Source: Burkholderiales bacterium (GTDB lineage Bacteria; Pseudomonadota; Gammaproteobacteria; Burkholderiales; JAEUMW01). From it: a stretch of 64,000 nt of DNA. Both the position numbers and the translations under genes were made by a program. Shown here in pieces: positions 37,315 to 47,385 of the stretch. The stretch lies in assembly GCA_039807745.1 (NCBI GenBank), contig JBDHRV010000002.1:3598-67597 (forward strand), given 5' to 3'. The notes beneath the pieces were generated by a model. It did not search any database, was not told the DNA's origin, and was given only the letters and a program-made list of their open reading frames with translations. The first letter of the stretch is position 1. Every line of letters begins with the position of its first letter.

Positions 37315-37349
37315 TTAACGGTGTCTCACCACTGCGAGCGCACGGCGTT

Positions 37350-38171
37350 TCACGAAACCTGGGGATTCGAGACGACTGAATCTGTTGCTAGCAGTCCAGG
37401 CAACCCAAAGAGCGTCATGAAGTTGGCGGTGCTCTGGGATGCCACGTCCGCGAACGGGATCTCGCGCAGGTGGGCGATCTCCTCGGCGACGTGCCTGACG
37501 AAGGCCGGCTCATTCGTCTTGCCGCGGTGCGGCACAGGCGCGAGGTACGGTGCATCCGTTTCGACCATGATGCGATCGAGCGGCACACGGCGCACCACGT
37601 CTTTCAAGTCTCCAGCGCTCCTAAAGGTAACGATGCCCGAGAACGAGATATAGAAACCCATTTCCAGAGCGGCCGCGGCAACTTCCCATGTCTCCGTGAA
37701 GCAATGCATCACACCACCGACCTCGTAAGCACGTTCCTCGCGCATCAGTCGCAACGTGTCTTCCGCAGCAGAACGGGTATGTATGATCAGCGGCTTTCCT
37801 GATTTGCGTGCGGCTCGAATGTGGCGACGAAACCGCTCCCGCTGCCAGTCGAGATCACCAGTCCGCCGGTAGTAGTCGAGCCCTGTTTCTCCGATCGCGA
37901 GGATCTTCGGGTGAGCTGACATGGCAGCGAGCTCGTCGGCTCCTGGTTCCTCCACGCTCTCATGGTCCGGATGCACACCGACCGAGGCGAATACTTGTGG
38001 AAAGCGCTCCGCAATCGCCAAGACCGCGGGAAACGTTGAAAGACTTACGGACACGCACAGCGCGGCTCCAACGCCGTTCTCGCCCATCCTGCCAAGTACT
38101 CCCTCGATATCACCGGACAGTTCCGGGAAGTCAATGTGGCAGTGGGAATCAACCAATACAGCAGGTGTCAC
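37350..38171 (-). CDS. tatD: TatD-family metal-dependent hydrolase
   Basis: GTG start in a GTGA overlap with the holB stop. VDSHCHIDF, ETGLDY, ETDAPYLAP motifs. Confidence 0.9.
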   Translation of the reverse strand: MTPAVLVDSHCHIDFPELSGDIEGVLGRMGENGVGAALCVSVSLSTFPAVLAIAERFPQVFASVGVHPDHESVEEPGADELAAMSAHPKILAIGETGLDYYRRTGDLDWQRERFRRHIRAARKSGKPLIIHTRSAAEDTLRLMREERAYEVGGVMHCFTETWEVAAAALEMGFYISFSGIVTFRSAGDLKDVVRRVPLDRIMVETDAPYLAPVPHRGKTNEPAFVRHVAEEIAHLREIPFADVASQSTANFMTLFGLPGLLATDSVVSNPQVS

Positions 38172-39202
38172 TCGCGGCCGCTCCCTATGGATCTAAGGTA
38201 GGAGAGAAACAGATACTCGAAGACGAGCCGAGGATTCAGCGGATGCCCCAGGCGCGATTGGTACGCGACCAAGCTCCGATGGTAACGGCCAAGTTGCACG
38301 ATGTCAGCCTGCCTTGAGATATGCCTCAAGGGCTCCGCGAAGTCCGGGTTGTACCGGGTGCGACCGCTGAGACGATTCGCGACGAGATCGTACGTCCATT
38401 GGTGTAGCCATCCCAGTACTTGCGGTAGCTCAGTGCTATCGTGGTTCCCCGCGTCACCGATGGGGTCCAACGTACCGTTTGCGAGCCGCCGGAGAAAGAT
38501 CTTGCGTCGCTCGAGGTTATCCGCCCGCATGTCCTCCAGCGCGCGCAGGGGTGCGAAGCCCGCCACCGACAGTGCAAGAAGGGGATCTTTCACTCCCTGC
38601 TCGGCCAGCCAGGGTATGCTCTCCGCGGGTCCCGGGACTCGCATCGGCATGAGGCGACACCGGCTGCGCACGGTGGGCAAGATGCGGTGAGCGCGGTGAC
38701 ATACCAGGAGAAAAAATGTCTCCCGGGGCGGCTCTTCCAGCGTCTTGAGGAGGGCGTTCGCAGCGCTGAGGTTAAGGTCCTCGGCAGGATGCAGCATGAC
38801 GACCTTCCTGCCGCAGCGGTGAGCAGACAGGTCCGTGAATCCCGCGAGCCCCCTCACCTGTGCGACCGAGATCTGTTTACCTCCCTGCTTTCCCCTGCCC
38901 CTGCCCGACTCCTGGTCGCTATCCCCGCCGTCGGTTTCATCTGCTGCGTGCGAGTCAGGCTGAAGAAGTTTGAAGTCGGGGTGCGTCTCCTGCTCAAACC
39001 AATGACAAGACAGGCATGCACCGCACGGATGTGAACTCCGGCCCAACTGCTCGCAGAGCAACGCTTGGGCGACCAGGCGGGCGAACTGACGTTTGCCGAT
39101 TCCCTCGGGCCCGGATATCAGAAGCGCGTGGGGCAGCCCTGTCGGAGCGGAGAAGAGCCGATCCCAAGTCTGTCTCTGCCAAGGTAAATGATTTGTTAAC
39201 AA
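38168..39202 (-). CDS. holB: DNA polymerase III subunit delta'
   Basis: 344 aa. LISGPEGIGKRQFA P-loop-like motif, Cys module CGACLSCHW, SRC motif TVRSRC. TTG start overlapping the tmk stop. Confidence 0.88.
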   Translation of the reverse strand: MLTNHLPWQRQTWDRLFSAPTGLPHALLISGPEGIGKRQFARLVAQALLCEQLGRSSHPCGACLSCHWFEQETHPDFKLLQPDSHAADETDGGDSDQESGRGRGKQGGKQISVAQVRGLAGFTDLSAHRCGRKVVMLHPAEDLNLSAANALLKTLEEPPRETFFLLVCHRAHRILPTVRSRCRLMPMRVPGPAESIPWLAEQGVKDPLLALSVAGFAPLRALEDMRADNLERRKIFLRRLANGTLDPIGDAGNHDSTELPQVLGWLHQWTYDLVANRLSGRTRYNPDFAEPLRHISRQADIVQLGRYHRSLVAYQSRLGHPLNPRLVFEYLFLSYLRSIGSGRE

Positions 39203-39807
39203 AGTATTGAGAGCTCTTCTTGAAGTGATTTACGAACCACTGCAACTGGCTCATCACCCTTCACCAGGCGTATACGCTGAGGAAAAGCCGCGACTCGCTG
39301 CTGATACGTTGCCCGCACCCGCTCAAAAAAGGCTCGTTGCTCCTGCTCGAAGCGGTCACGCGCCTCTCCCTGAGGCAACCGAGCCAGCGCCGTCGCGACG
39401 GGAACATCGAAAAAGAGCGTCAGATCCGGCTGCAGGTCGCCCTGCACCCAGCGCTCCAGGATGGCAAGGCGATCGAGGGAGATCCCTCGACCGCCTCCCT
39501 GGTAGGCCATGGTGGCGTCGGTAAACCGGTCGCAGACCACCCACTGCCCTGCATCGAGGGCGGGAAGGATGAGCGACTGGAGATGCTCCTGCCGCGCGGC
39601 AAACATCAACAAAGCTTCGGTATCGGCGTGCATGGGCTCCTGCAGAACCAGATCCCGGAGCCGCTCTCCAAGCGGCGTCCCCCCTGGCTCTCGCGTGACC
39701 ACCACCGTCCTGCCGTGCACGCGCAGGTGGTCTGCGAGCCAGGCGACATGGGTTGTCTTCCCGGCACCGTCGAGACCCTCCAAGGTGATGAACTTGCCTC
39801 GGTCCAC
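39196..39807 (-). CDS. tmk: thymidylate kinase
   Basis: GTG start. FITLEGLDGAGKTT P-loop. DRF motif. Confidence 0.93.
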   Translation of the reverse strand: MDRGKFITLEGLDGAGKTTHVAWLADHLRVHGRTVVVTREPGGTPLGERLRDLVLQEPMHADTEALLMFAARQEHLQSLILPALDAGQWVVCDRFTDATMAYQGGGRGISLDRLAILERWVQGDLQPDLTLFFDVPVATALARLPQGEARDRFEQEQRAFFERVRATYQQRVAAFPQRIRLVKGDEPVAVVRKSLQEELSILC

Positions 39808-39834
39808 CTTGGGCTCACCGCGACATTGGGTGGA

Positions 39835-40851
39835 TCATCGTTTGCCTCTCTGATAGCGATCGACTGCCCGATTATGCTCTTCCAGAGAGGGCGAGAAGTG
39901 GCTCGTGCCATCACCGCGCGCCACGAAGTAGAGCGCATCGCTGTGTGGCGGATCGAGCGTAGCCGAGAGCGCCGCGAGACCCGGCATGGCGATGGGTGTG
40001 GGCGGCAAACCGGCGCGCGTGTAGGTGTTGAAGGGGGTATCCCGCTGCAGATCCGCCTTTCGCAGATCGCCGTCGAAAGCCGCTCCCAGACCATAGATGA
40101 CGGTCGGATCGGTCTGCAGTTTCATGCCGCGACGAAGCCGGTTGACGAACACGGCTGCCACCAGGGGCCGATCAGCGCCGACACCGGTCTCCTTCTCCAC
40201 GATCGAGGCAAGTATCAGCGCCTCGTAAGAAGATTTGAACGGAAGGTTCGACGCACGGGAATTCCAGAGCTTGTCGAGTTGCTTTTGCATGGCCTCTCGC
40301 GCCTGCCGCAGGACGTCGAGGTCGCTCGCTCCGCGATTGAAGCGATAGGTGTCCGGGAAGAAGAGCCCTTCGCCGCTCTGATAGCCGGACACGCCGGCCC
40401 GCTCGAGGAACTCTGCGTCCGACAGGATGCTGCTGTCGTGGCGCACATAGGGATGCTCGGCGAGCGCCTGGCGCATTTGCCGCAGCGTCCATCCCTCCAC
40501 GAAGGTGATCTGCTCCTGGACGACATCCCCGCGCGTGAGCTTGTCGAGAAGCTCGATCGGCGTGACGGCGCTGACGATCTCGTAGCTTCCGGCCTTGATA
40601 CCGCCCGCGTCGCCTCGGAGCCGCGCGATCAGTTCGAAGCGCCAGGGCTCGGTGAGTACGTCCGCCTCGACCAGTTGCCGAGCGATGCTTCTCAAGCTGC
40701 TGCCGGCCTTGAGCTCGAAGGCTTTCGGCGGCTGCACCTGCAGCGGCAGCGGGGTTTGTGCGTACTGGTAGAGCACGGCGCTCGCCACGGCGATCGTCGC
40801 CACCCCCGCGACCACGAGCCATGCGATGAGACGCCTAATCGTCGGCGCCAT
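39835..40851 (-). CDS. mltG: endolytic murein transglycosylase MltG (YceG family)
   Basis: Met at 40851 gives an N-terminal TM anchor (LIAWLVVAGVATIAVA). YceG motifs ASIVEKE, LQTDPTVIYG, NTYTRAGLPPTPI. Confidence 0.9.
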   Translation of the reverse strand: MAPTIRRLIAWLVVAGVATIAVASAVLYQYAQTPLPLQVQPPKAFELKAGSSLRSIARQLVEADVLTEPWRFELIARLRGDAGGIKAGSYEIVSAVTPIELLDKLTRGDVVQEQITFVEGWTLRQMRQALAEHPYVRHDSSILSDAEFLERAGVSGYQSGEGLFFPDTYRFNRGASDLDVLRQAREAMQKQLDKLWNSRASNLPFKSSYEALILASIVEKETGVGADRPLVAAVFVNRLRRGMKLQTDPTVIYGLGAAFDGDLRKADLQRDTPFNTYTRAGLPPTPIAMPGLAALSATLDPPHSDALYFVARGDGTSHFSPSLEEHNRAVDRYQRGKR

Positions 40852-41650
40852 CGAGCCAACCGCGGATACGTGAGGTCCAGGTGTTGTCGGCCCACGTTCG
40901 AGACTGCAAGCTGCGGACCTGCCAGACACCGATCAGGCTGTTGACCAGGACAACCTCCGTCGCACTCAGCAGCACTTCCCACGAAATGCCGGCCACGCGA
41001 ACCGGCACCCCTTCGCGCAGAGCGGCGTCGATGATGCGCTCACGTGTCACACCCGACACCCCGCAGCGCGACAGATCCGGCGTATGCAGCACCCCGTCGC
41101 GGACCAGAAAGAGGTTGCTCGCGGTTCCCTCGATCACCCGATCCTCGGTGTCGAGCAGGAGACCTTCGGCTATCGTTGGATCCGACCACTCCATCCGTGC
41201 GAGCACGTTCTCCAGCCGATTCAGGTGCTTCACCCCGGCAAGGCGGGGCTGAATGGCCAGTCGAAGCCGACAGCGACGAATGTGCACGCCCTGGTCGCGA
41301 TAGGTGCCCGGATACTCCTGCAGTGGGGTCGCAGACACAATGCGAATCGGCTCCGTGTGAGCAGATGGCGCGTATCCACGGCGGCCAACACCGCGGGTGA
41401 CGATGATCTTCCCGGCAGCCTCGGGCAGTTCAGCGGCAGCGGCTGCCAGCTCGACAACCAAGGTCTCAGCGGGGGGACACGGCAACGCGAGCGCTTCGCA
41501 ATCGGCGCGCAGACGCCGGTAATGACGATCCCAGCGGACCGCTCGCCCCTGGCGCAGCAACAGGGTGCGGAACACCCCGTCGCCGTAGGCTAACCCCCGA
41601 TCCGCGGGATCCACCAGACCGTTCACTTGGCCGTTGACCAGAACACTCAT
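40835..41650 (-). CDS. pabC: aminodeoxychorismate lyase (class IV aminotransferase fold)
   Basis: 271 aa. RGLAYGDGVFRT N-terminal motif. Position between fabF and mltG as in the Pseudomonas fab cluster. Confidence 0.8.
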   Translation of the reverse strand: MSVLVNGQVNGLVDPADRGLAYGDGVFRTLLLRQGRAVRWDRHYRRLRADCEALALPCPPAETLVVELAAAAAELPEAAGKIIVTRGVGRRGYAPSAHTEPIRIVSATPLQEYPGTYRDQGVHIRRCRLRLAIQPRLAGVKHLNRLENVLARMEWSDPTIAEGLLLDTEDRVIEGTASNLFLVRDGVLHTPDLSRCGVSGVTRERIIDAALREGVPVRVAGISWEVLLSATEVVLVNSLIGVWQVRSLQSRTWADNTWTSRIRGWLDGADD

Positions 41651-41712
41651 GGCCGCGTGCTGCGAGGCCGCGTCGACCTGCCGCCCGGTGCGACAGGCGT
41701 CTCGGCGGTGAG

Positions 41713-42951
41713 CTAGGTTCGTCGGAAGACGAGCGTGGCGTTCGTGCCGCCGAAGCCGAACGAGTTGGAAACGGCGACGTCGATCTTCATCTGCCGCGCC
41801 GTGTTGGGAACATAGTCGAGATCACACTGCGGGTCCGGTTCGACGAGATTGATCGTCGGTGGCGCCACCTGATCCCGAATGGCCAGCACCGAGAAGATCG
41901 CTTCCACACCGCCAGCCGCGCCGAGCAGGTGACCCGTCATCGATTTGGTGGAGCTCATGGCCACACGCTGGGCGCTCTCCCCCAGGCATTTCTTCACTGC
42001 CACCGTCTCCGCGATATCCCCGAGCGGCGTCGAGGTGCCGTGCGCATTCACGTAGTCGACCTGATCATGGTTGATGCCGGCGTTGCCCAGCGCGTTGCGC
42101 ATGCAGCGTGCCGCACCCTCCCCATCCTCGCACGGCGCCGTAATATGGTGCGCATCGCTGCTCATGCCGAAGCCGGCGAGCTCCGCATAGATGCGCGCGC
42201 CCCGTTTCTTGGCATGCTCCAGCTCTTCGAGCACCAGCACGCCCGCACCCTCGCCGAGGACGAAGCCATCGCGCCCGGTGTCCCACGGCCGGCTGGCCGC
42301 GGCCGCGTCGTCGTTGCGGAGGCTGAGCGCACGTGCCGCGCAAAAGCCGCCGATCCCAAGCGGCGAAACCGTCGCCTCGGCCCCGCCGGCAATCATCACG
42401 TCCGCATCGCCGTACTCGATGAACCTGGCCGCCGTCCCGATACTATGATTGGACGTGGCGCAGGCGGTGACGATGGCGAGGTTGGGACCCTTTATCCGAT
42501 ACATGATGGAAAGGATCCCGGAGATGATGTTGATGATCGTGCCCGGAACGAAGAACGGACTGATCTTGCGCGGCCCTGACTGCGCCAGGACGCGGTCGGT
42601 ATCCTCGATCATCGGCAGGCCGCCGATACCCGAGCCGATGTTCACACCGATCCGCTCGGCATTGTCCTCGGTCACCACCAGGCCCGAATCGGCAATCGCA
42701 TCCGCCGCAGCGGCCACGCCGTAGTGCACGAAGGTGTCGTAGCGGCGCGCCTCCTTCGCCGAAATGTACTTGGAGGGATCGAATCCCTTCACCTCTCCGG
42801 CAATGCGCGACGGGAACGCGGACGCATCGAAGCGAGTGATGTGGCCGACCCCGGAGCGTCCCTCGCAGATGCTGGCCCAGGCCGCATCCACCGAGTTGCC
42901 CACGGGGCAGACAATGCCCAACCCCGTCACCACGACTCTGCGGCTGCTCAA
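41713..42951 (-). CDS. fabF: beta-ketoacyl-ACP synthase II
   Basis: 412 aa. Active-site Cys in [33 protein letters not shown]. Confidence 0.96.
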   Translation of the reverse strand: MSSRRVVVTGLGIVCPVGNSVDAAWASICEGRSGVGHITRFDASAFPSRIAGEVKGFDPSKYISAKEARRYDTFVHYGVAAAADAIADSGLVVTEDNAERIGVNIGSGIGGLPMIEDTDRVLAQSGPRKISPFFVPGTIINIISGILSIMYRIKGPNLAIVTACATSNHSIGTAARFIEYGDADVMIAGGAEATVSPLGIGGFCAARALSLRNDDAAAASRPWDTGRDGFVLGEGAGVLVLEELEHAKKRGARIYAELAGFGMSSDAHHITAPCEDGEGAARCMRNALGNAGINHDQVDYVNAHGTSTPLGDIAETVAVKKCLGESAQRVAMSSTKSMTGHLLGAAGGVEAIFSVLAIRDQVAPPTINLVEPDPQCDLDYVPNTARQMKIDVAVSNSFGFGGTNATLVFRRT

Positions 42952-42998
42952 CTAGGTTCCCCTGGTTCCGAATCTGGAATCGCGCGCCGACACCTGCT

Positions 42999-43235
42999 TT
43001 AGCCAAGGTGCGACTTGATATAGTCGATCGCCTGCTGCACGGTGGCAATCTTCTCGGCTTCCTCGTCCGGGATCTCGCATTCGAACTCCTCCTCGAGCGC
43101 CATCACCAGTTCGACGGTATCGAGGGAATCCGCCCCGAGATCGTCGACGAACGACGATTCATTCTTGATCTCGGACTCGTTGACGCCCAGTTGCTCGGCG
43201 ACGATCTTCTTCACGCGTGCTTCGATGTTGTCCAT
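42999..43235 (-). CDS. acpP: acyl carrier protein
   Basis: 78 aa. [20 protein letters not shown] phosphopantetheine-attachment motif. Confidence 0.98.
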   Translation of the reverse strand: MDNIEARVKKIVAEQLGVNESEIKNESSFVDDLGADSLDTVELVMALEEEFECEIPDEEAEKIATVQQAIDYIKSHLG

Positions 43236-43287
43236 GGTATCCCCTTCCCTTCGAGTGAACGCAACGGGTTAGCGGTTTTGGGCGAAA

Positions 43288-43305
43288 CGCGGGCCGAAGC
43301 CCGCG
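43288..43305 (-). other. GC-rich tetraloop hairpin in the fabG-acpP spacer
   Basis: CGCGGGC-loop-GCCCGCG, a 7-bp stem with a UUCG loop on the transcribed strand. Only a weak TTT follows, so it may be a processing or attenuation site rather than a full terminator. Confidence 0.3.
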
Positions 43306-43390
43306 GGCGTTGAAAAGTTGGCGAATTCTACCAGAATGAACGTCGAGGAAGAATCTGCGGTCGGCGCCGCTACCTACTGCCGCGGCACCT

Positions 43391-44131
43391 TCATTCCATG
43401 TACATTCCACCGTTCACGTGCAGGGTCGCGCCCGTGATGTAGCCCGCCGCCGGGGACGCGAGGAAGGCCACGGCGGCTGCGATGTCCTCGGCGCGACCCA
43501 GGCGACCGACCGGGATCTGCTGAACCAGGGCTTCGGTCTGCGCCTCGTCGAGGGAACGCGTCATGTCGGTGTCGATGAATCCCGGTGCCACGCAGTTCAC
43601 GGTGATGCCGCGGCTGGCAACCTCACGGGCGAGCGCCTTCGCCAATCCCACCATGCCGGCCTTCGCGGCCGCGTAGTTCGCCTGCCCCGCGTTGCCCATC
43701 GACCCCACCACGGAGCCGATGTTGACGATGCGTCCCTCGCGCGCCTTCATCATCGAGCGCAGCACGAGCTTCGACATGCGATACACCGACTTGAGATTGG
43801 TGTTCAGGATGTCGTCCCACTCCTCGTCCTTCATGCGCAGCAGGAGGTTGTCGCGGGTGACTCCGGCGTTGTTGACCAGAATCGAGATCGCGCCAAACCG
43901 CTCCTGGGTGTCATCCACCACTCGCTGCGCCTGATCGGGGGCGTTCACGTCGAGCACCATACCGCAACCGGCCCCGCCTGCCTCCGTCAGCGCGGCGGTG
44001 ATGCTTGCCGCGCCGGCTGGAGTCGTCGCCGTGCCTACGACCGTCGCGCCCTGCCGCACGAACTCGAGCGCGATCGCGCGCCCGATCCCGCGGGTCGACC
44101 CGGTCACGAGTGCAATCTTTCCCTGTAGCAT
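43391..44131 (-). CDS. fabG: 3-oxoacyl-ACP reductase
   Basis: Met at 44131 (MLQGKIALVTGSTRGIGRAI). YAAAKAG catalytic motif. The track ORF extends spuriously to 44401. Confidence 0.95.
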   Translation of the reverse strand: MLQGKIALVTGSTRGIGRAIALEFVRQGATVVGTATTPAGAASITAALTEAGGAGCGMVLDVNAPDQAQRVVDDTQERFGAISILVNNAGVTRDNLLLRMKDEEWDDILNTNLKSVYRMSKLVLRSMMKAREGRIVNIGSVVGSMGNAGQANYAAAKAGMVGLAKALAREVASRGITVNCVAPGFIDTDMTRSLDEAQTEALVQQIPVGRLGRAEDIAAAVAFLASPAAGYITGATLHVNGGMYME

Positions 44132-44153
44132 GGACGGGGCTCCCTGTGAGCGG

Positions 44154-45086
44154 TCAGCGGCGTAGCGCCGCGAGCGTTTCGTTGACCTGGGCTGCATCGG
44201 CAAGTGCGTACTGCGGCAGATCCTTGGCAATGCGCTTGGTGATTCCGGCAAGCACGCGCCCGGGTCCGCATTCCACCACCTGGGTGACGTCCTGCCCGAC
44301 AAAGTACCGCACGGTATCGACCCAGCGTACGGGGCTGTACAACTGTCGCGCCAGGGCATCCTTGATGGCGGCCGGCTCACTGTGGCTCGCGACATCCGCA
44401 TTATGGATCACGGGCACCGCCGGCACAGCGAGTTCGACGCCGGCAAGATGCTCGATCAGGCTCCCCGCCGCCGGGCGCATGAGGCTGCAGTGGCACGGCA
44501 CGCTCATCGGGAGCATGAGGCCGCGTTTCGCGCCCCGCGCCTTGGCAAGCTTGATCCCGCGATGGAGCGCGCCGTTGTGACCGGCGATCACCACCTGAGC
44601 CGGTGCGTTGAAGTTGGCAGCTTCGAGCACTTCGCCCTGTGCGGCCTCCTGGCATATCTCGAGCACGGTCTCGTCCGCCAGCCCGAGGATGGCCGCCATC
44701 CCGCCCACACCTTCCGGTGCTGCCCCCTGCATGGCTTCGGCGCGATGGCGCACCAGCGGCACCGCGTCTTCGAACCGCAGCGCGCCCGATGCGACCAGCG
44801 CCGTGTACTCACCCAGACTATGGCCGGCCAGAACCGCCGGCGCCGGACCACCCACTGCTTGCCAGGCGCGCAGCACGGCCACGCCGGCCACCAGCATGAT
44901 GGGTTGGGTGTAGGTAGTGAGATGCAGCTTCTCTGCCGGACCCTCCGCCACCAGGGTCCACAGGTCCGTGCCGAAAATTTCCGAAGCCTCATCGAAGGTT
45001 TCCCTGATCTTCGGCAACCCTTCGTACTGGTGCATCATGCCGACCGATTGCGAGGCCTGACCGGGAAAAACGAATGCAAGTTTCAC
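44154..45086 (-). CDS. fabD: malonyl-CoA--ACP transacylase
   Basis: GTG at 45086 (VKLAFVFPGQASQ). Active-site GHSLGEY. Confidence 0.94.
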   Translation of the reverse strand: MKLAFVFPGQASQSVGMMHQYEGLPKIRETFDEASEIFGTDLWTLVAEGPAEKLHLTTYTQPIMLVAGVAVLRAWQAVGGPAPAVLAGHSLGEYTALVASGALRFEDAVPLVRHRAEAMQGAAPEGVGGMAAILGLADETVLEICQEAAQGEVLEAANFNAPAQVVIAGHNGALHRGIKLAKARGAKRGLMLPMSVPCHCSLMRPAAGSLIEHLAGVELAVPAVPVIHNADVASHSEPAAIKDALARQLYSPVRWVDTVRYFVGQDVTQVVECGPGRVLAGITKRIAKDLPQYALADAAQVNETLAALRR

Positions 45087-45105
45087 GTTGATTGTCCCCC
45101 TCGCC

Positions 45106-46065
45106 CTAAAAGCGAAGCAGCGCCGCACCCCAGGTAAAGCCGCCGCCGACCCCCTCCAACAGCACATGCTGACCGCGACGAATGCGGCCATCGCGCACGG
45201 CCTCATCGAGGGCAAGGGGGATCGACGCAGCCGACGTGTTCGCATGCCGGTCCACCGTCACGACCACTCGCTCCAGCGGCAGCCCGAGCTTCTTCGCGGT
45301 CGCTTCGATGATGCGGATATTCGCCTGGTGCGGAATCAGCCAGTCGATGTCGCGCACCTCGAGGCGGTTCTCGGCGAGCGCCTCCTGAGCGACCTCGCAG
45401 AGGACCTTCACCGCGAACTTGAAGACAGCGCCGCCGTCCATCTGCACGAAGGGTCGACCCCGCACCTGCCCGCCGGACACATGACCCGGGACGCTCAGGA
45501 TGTCGTGGTAGGTCCCGTCGGCATGCAGGTGGGTCGAGAGGATCCCCGGCTCGTCTCCGGCGCGCAGCACCACGGCGCCCGCGCCATCGCCAAAGAGCAC
45601 GCACGTGCCGCGATCGTTCCAGTCGAGGATGTGCGAATAGACCTCTGCGCCCACGACCAGAGCTTGACGGCACTTGCCCGCCCGCAGGAAAAGATCGGCC
45701 GTCGCGAGCGCATACACGAAACCCGAGCACACTGCCTGCACGTCGAATGCGGGACACGGACCCGTGCCGAGCTTGCTTTGCAGAATACAGGCCGTGCTCG
45801 GAAACACCACGTCCGGGGTGGTGGTCGCCACGATGATGAGATCGAGCTCCGTCGCATCGACTCCGGCCGCGGCGAGCGCCTGCTTGCTCGCCGCGAGGGC
45901 GAGATCGCTCGCGAGCTCGCCCTCCGCGACCACGCGCCGCTCGCGGATCCCGGTGCGGGTCCGGATCCAGTCGTCGCTGGTCGCGATGCTCTGCTCGAGC
46001 TCCTGGTTCGTGAGCGTCCTGGCGGGCAGATAGCAGCCCGTGCCGACGATACGCGAAAAGATCAC
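45106..46065 (-). CDS. fabH: beta-ketoacyl-ACP synthase III
   Basis: GTG at 46065 preceded by GGAGGA and overlapping the plsX stop. Active-site Cys in [25 protein letters not shown]. Confidence 0.93.
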   Translation of the reverse strand: MIFSRIVGTGCYLPARTLTNQELEQSIATSDDWIRTRTGIRERRVVAEGELASDLALAASKQALAAAGVDATELDLIIVATTTPDVVFPSTACILQSKLGTGPCPAFDVQAVCSGFVYALATADLFLRAGKCRQALVVGAEVYSHILDWNDRGTCVLFGDGAGAVVLRAGDEPGILSTHLHADGTYHDILSVPGHVSGGQVRGRPFVQMDGGAVFKFAVKVLCEVAQEALAENRLEVRDIDWLIPHQANIRIIEATAKKLGLPLERVVVTVDRHANTSAASIPLALDEAVRDGRIRRGQHVLLEGVGGGFTWGAALLRF

Positions 46066-47078
46066 GACACATCCTCCTGCATCAGGGCAAGGCGTTCGCC
46101 GATACGCCGCAGCACGCCCTCCTCCACCTCTTCGTACGCTCGGCGCAGTGCGCACTCGAAGGCAAAACTGTCCGCCGAGCCATGGCTCTTCACGACGATA
46201 CCACGTAGTCCGAGCAGACTCGCACCGTTGAACTGGCGGTGATCGACACGCTTCTTGAAGGCGTTGATGACAGGCAGTGCCACGAGCCCGCACAGCCTCG
46301 TGAAGAGGCCGCGCTTGAACTCCTCGCGCAGGTATGTGCCGAGCATCTGGGCCAGTCCCTCGGAGGTCTTGAGGGCGACATTGCCCACGAAGCCGTCGCA
46401 CACCACGACGTCGGTAGTGCCCTTGAAGATGTCGTCACCCTCGATATTGCCAAAAAAATTGAGGCCGCTGCCGCGCAAGAGCTCGCCTGCCTGGCGTACC
46501 ACCTCGTTGCCCTTGATGTCTTCCTCGCCGATATTGAGCAGACCGATGCTGGGGCGCTCCTTGTGCCCCAGCGCCGCCGACAGCGACGCGCCCATCACGC
46601 CGAACTGCAGCAGATGCAGCGGCGTGCAATCTACGTTGGCACCGAGATCCAGCATGTAGGTGCTGCCGTGCACGGTCGGGAGCACCGATGCGATCGCCGG
46701 ACGCTCGATCCCGGGCAGCGTTTTCAGGACAAAGCGTGCGGTGGCCATCAGCGCGCCCGTATTGCCGGCGCTGACACAGGCGTGCGCCTCCCCCGCCTTC
46801 ACGAGATTGATCGCCACGCGCATCGACGAATCCTTCTTGCGCTTGAGCGCCGCCGCGGGCGGCTCGTCCATCGCGACCACCTGGGAAGCGGGATGAATGC
46901 GCAGTCGCGGCCCGACCTCCCGCTTGAGCGTCCGAAGCTCGGCCTCGATCGCGTCGCGCAGGCCGACCAGAACGATCACGGTCTTGTCGGTCTGATCGAG
47001 GTAGCGCAAGGCAGCGGGGACCGTGACATGAGGACCATGATCGCCGCCCATGCAATCCACCGCGAGGGTTACGTCCAT
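46062..47078 (-). CDS. plsX: phosphate acyltransferase PlsX
   Basis: 338 aa. [14 protein letters not shown]-terminal motif. Confidence 0.95.
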   Translation of the reverse strand: MDVTLAVDCMGGDHGPHVTVPAALRYLDQTDKTVIVLVGLRDAIEAELRTLKREVGPRLRIHPASQVVAMDEPPAAALKRKKDSSMRVAINLVKAGEAHACVSAGNTGALMATARFVLKTLPGIERPAIASVLPTVHGSTYMLDLGANVDCTPLHLLQFGVMGASLSAALGHKERPSIGLLNIGEEDIKGNEVVRQAGELLRGSGLNFFGNIEGDDIFKGTTDVVVCDGFVGNVALKTSEGLAQMLGTYLREEFKRGLFTRLCGLVALPVINAFKKRVDHRQFNGASLLGLRGIVVKSHGSADSFAFECALRRAYEEVEEGVLRRIGERLALMQEDVS

Positions 47079-47190
47079 TCAGGTCCGCTTCCGCTCGGGA
47101 CCGAAGTCGAACTTCGCACGTCAGAAGTCAGAACACAGTCAACGCGACGGCGGGCGGGCATGCGACCGCTCCGGCGCAAACCGCCGAAAG

Positions 47191-47370
47191 TCATTCGTCC
47201 TCGGACTTGACGACCTTCTTGCCCCGGTAGTAACCGCTCGGACTGATGTGATGACGCAGGTGCACCTCTCCGGTGGTGGGCTCAACCGCGAGCGGCGCAC
47301 GCGTAAGGGAGTCGTGGGCGCGGCGCATGTTGCGCTTGGAGGGCGATTTCTTGTTCTGCTGAACTGCCAT
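47191..47370 (-). CDS. rpmF: 50S ribosomal protein L32
   Basis: Absent from the ORF track (59 aa). My translation is [59 protein letters not shown]. It sits between yceD and plsX as expected. Confidence 0.95.
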   Translation of the reverse strand: MAVQQNKKSPSKRNMRRAHDSLTRAPLAVEPTTGEVHLRHHISPSGYYRGKKVVKSEDE

Positions 47371-47385
47371 GAGAAAGCTCCTTAC

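Noticed and set aside
36892-37653. 253-aa plus-strand ORF spanning the pilG-tatD spacer, with an internal ATG at 37147 preceded by GGGGA.
   Set aside because: Its 3' 300 nt run antisense through tatD, which has clear TatD motifs. The peptide has no recognisable motifs. The spacer part has atypical composition. It is most likely a chance open frame.
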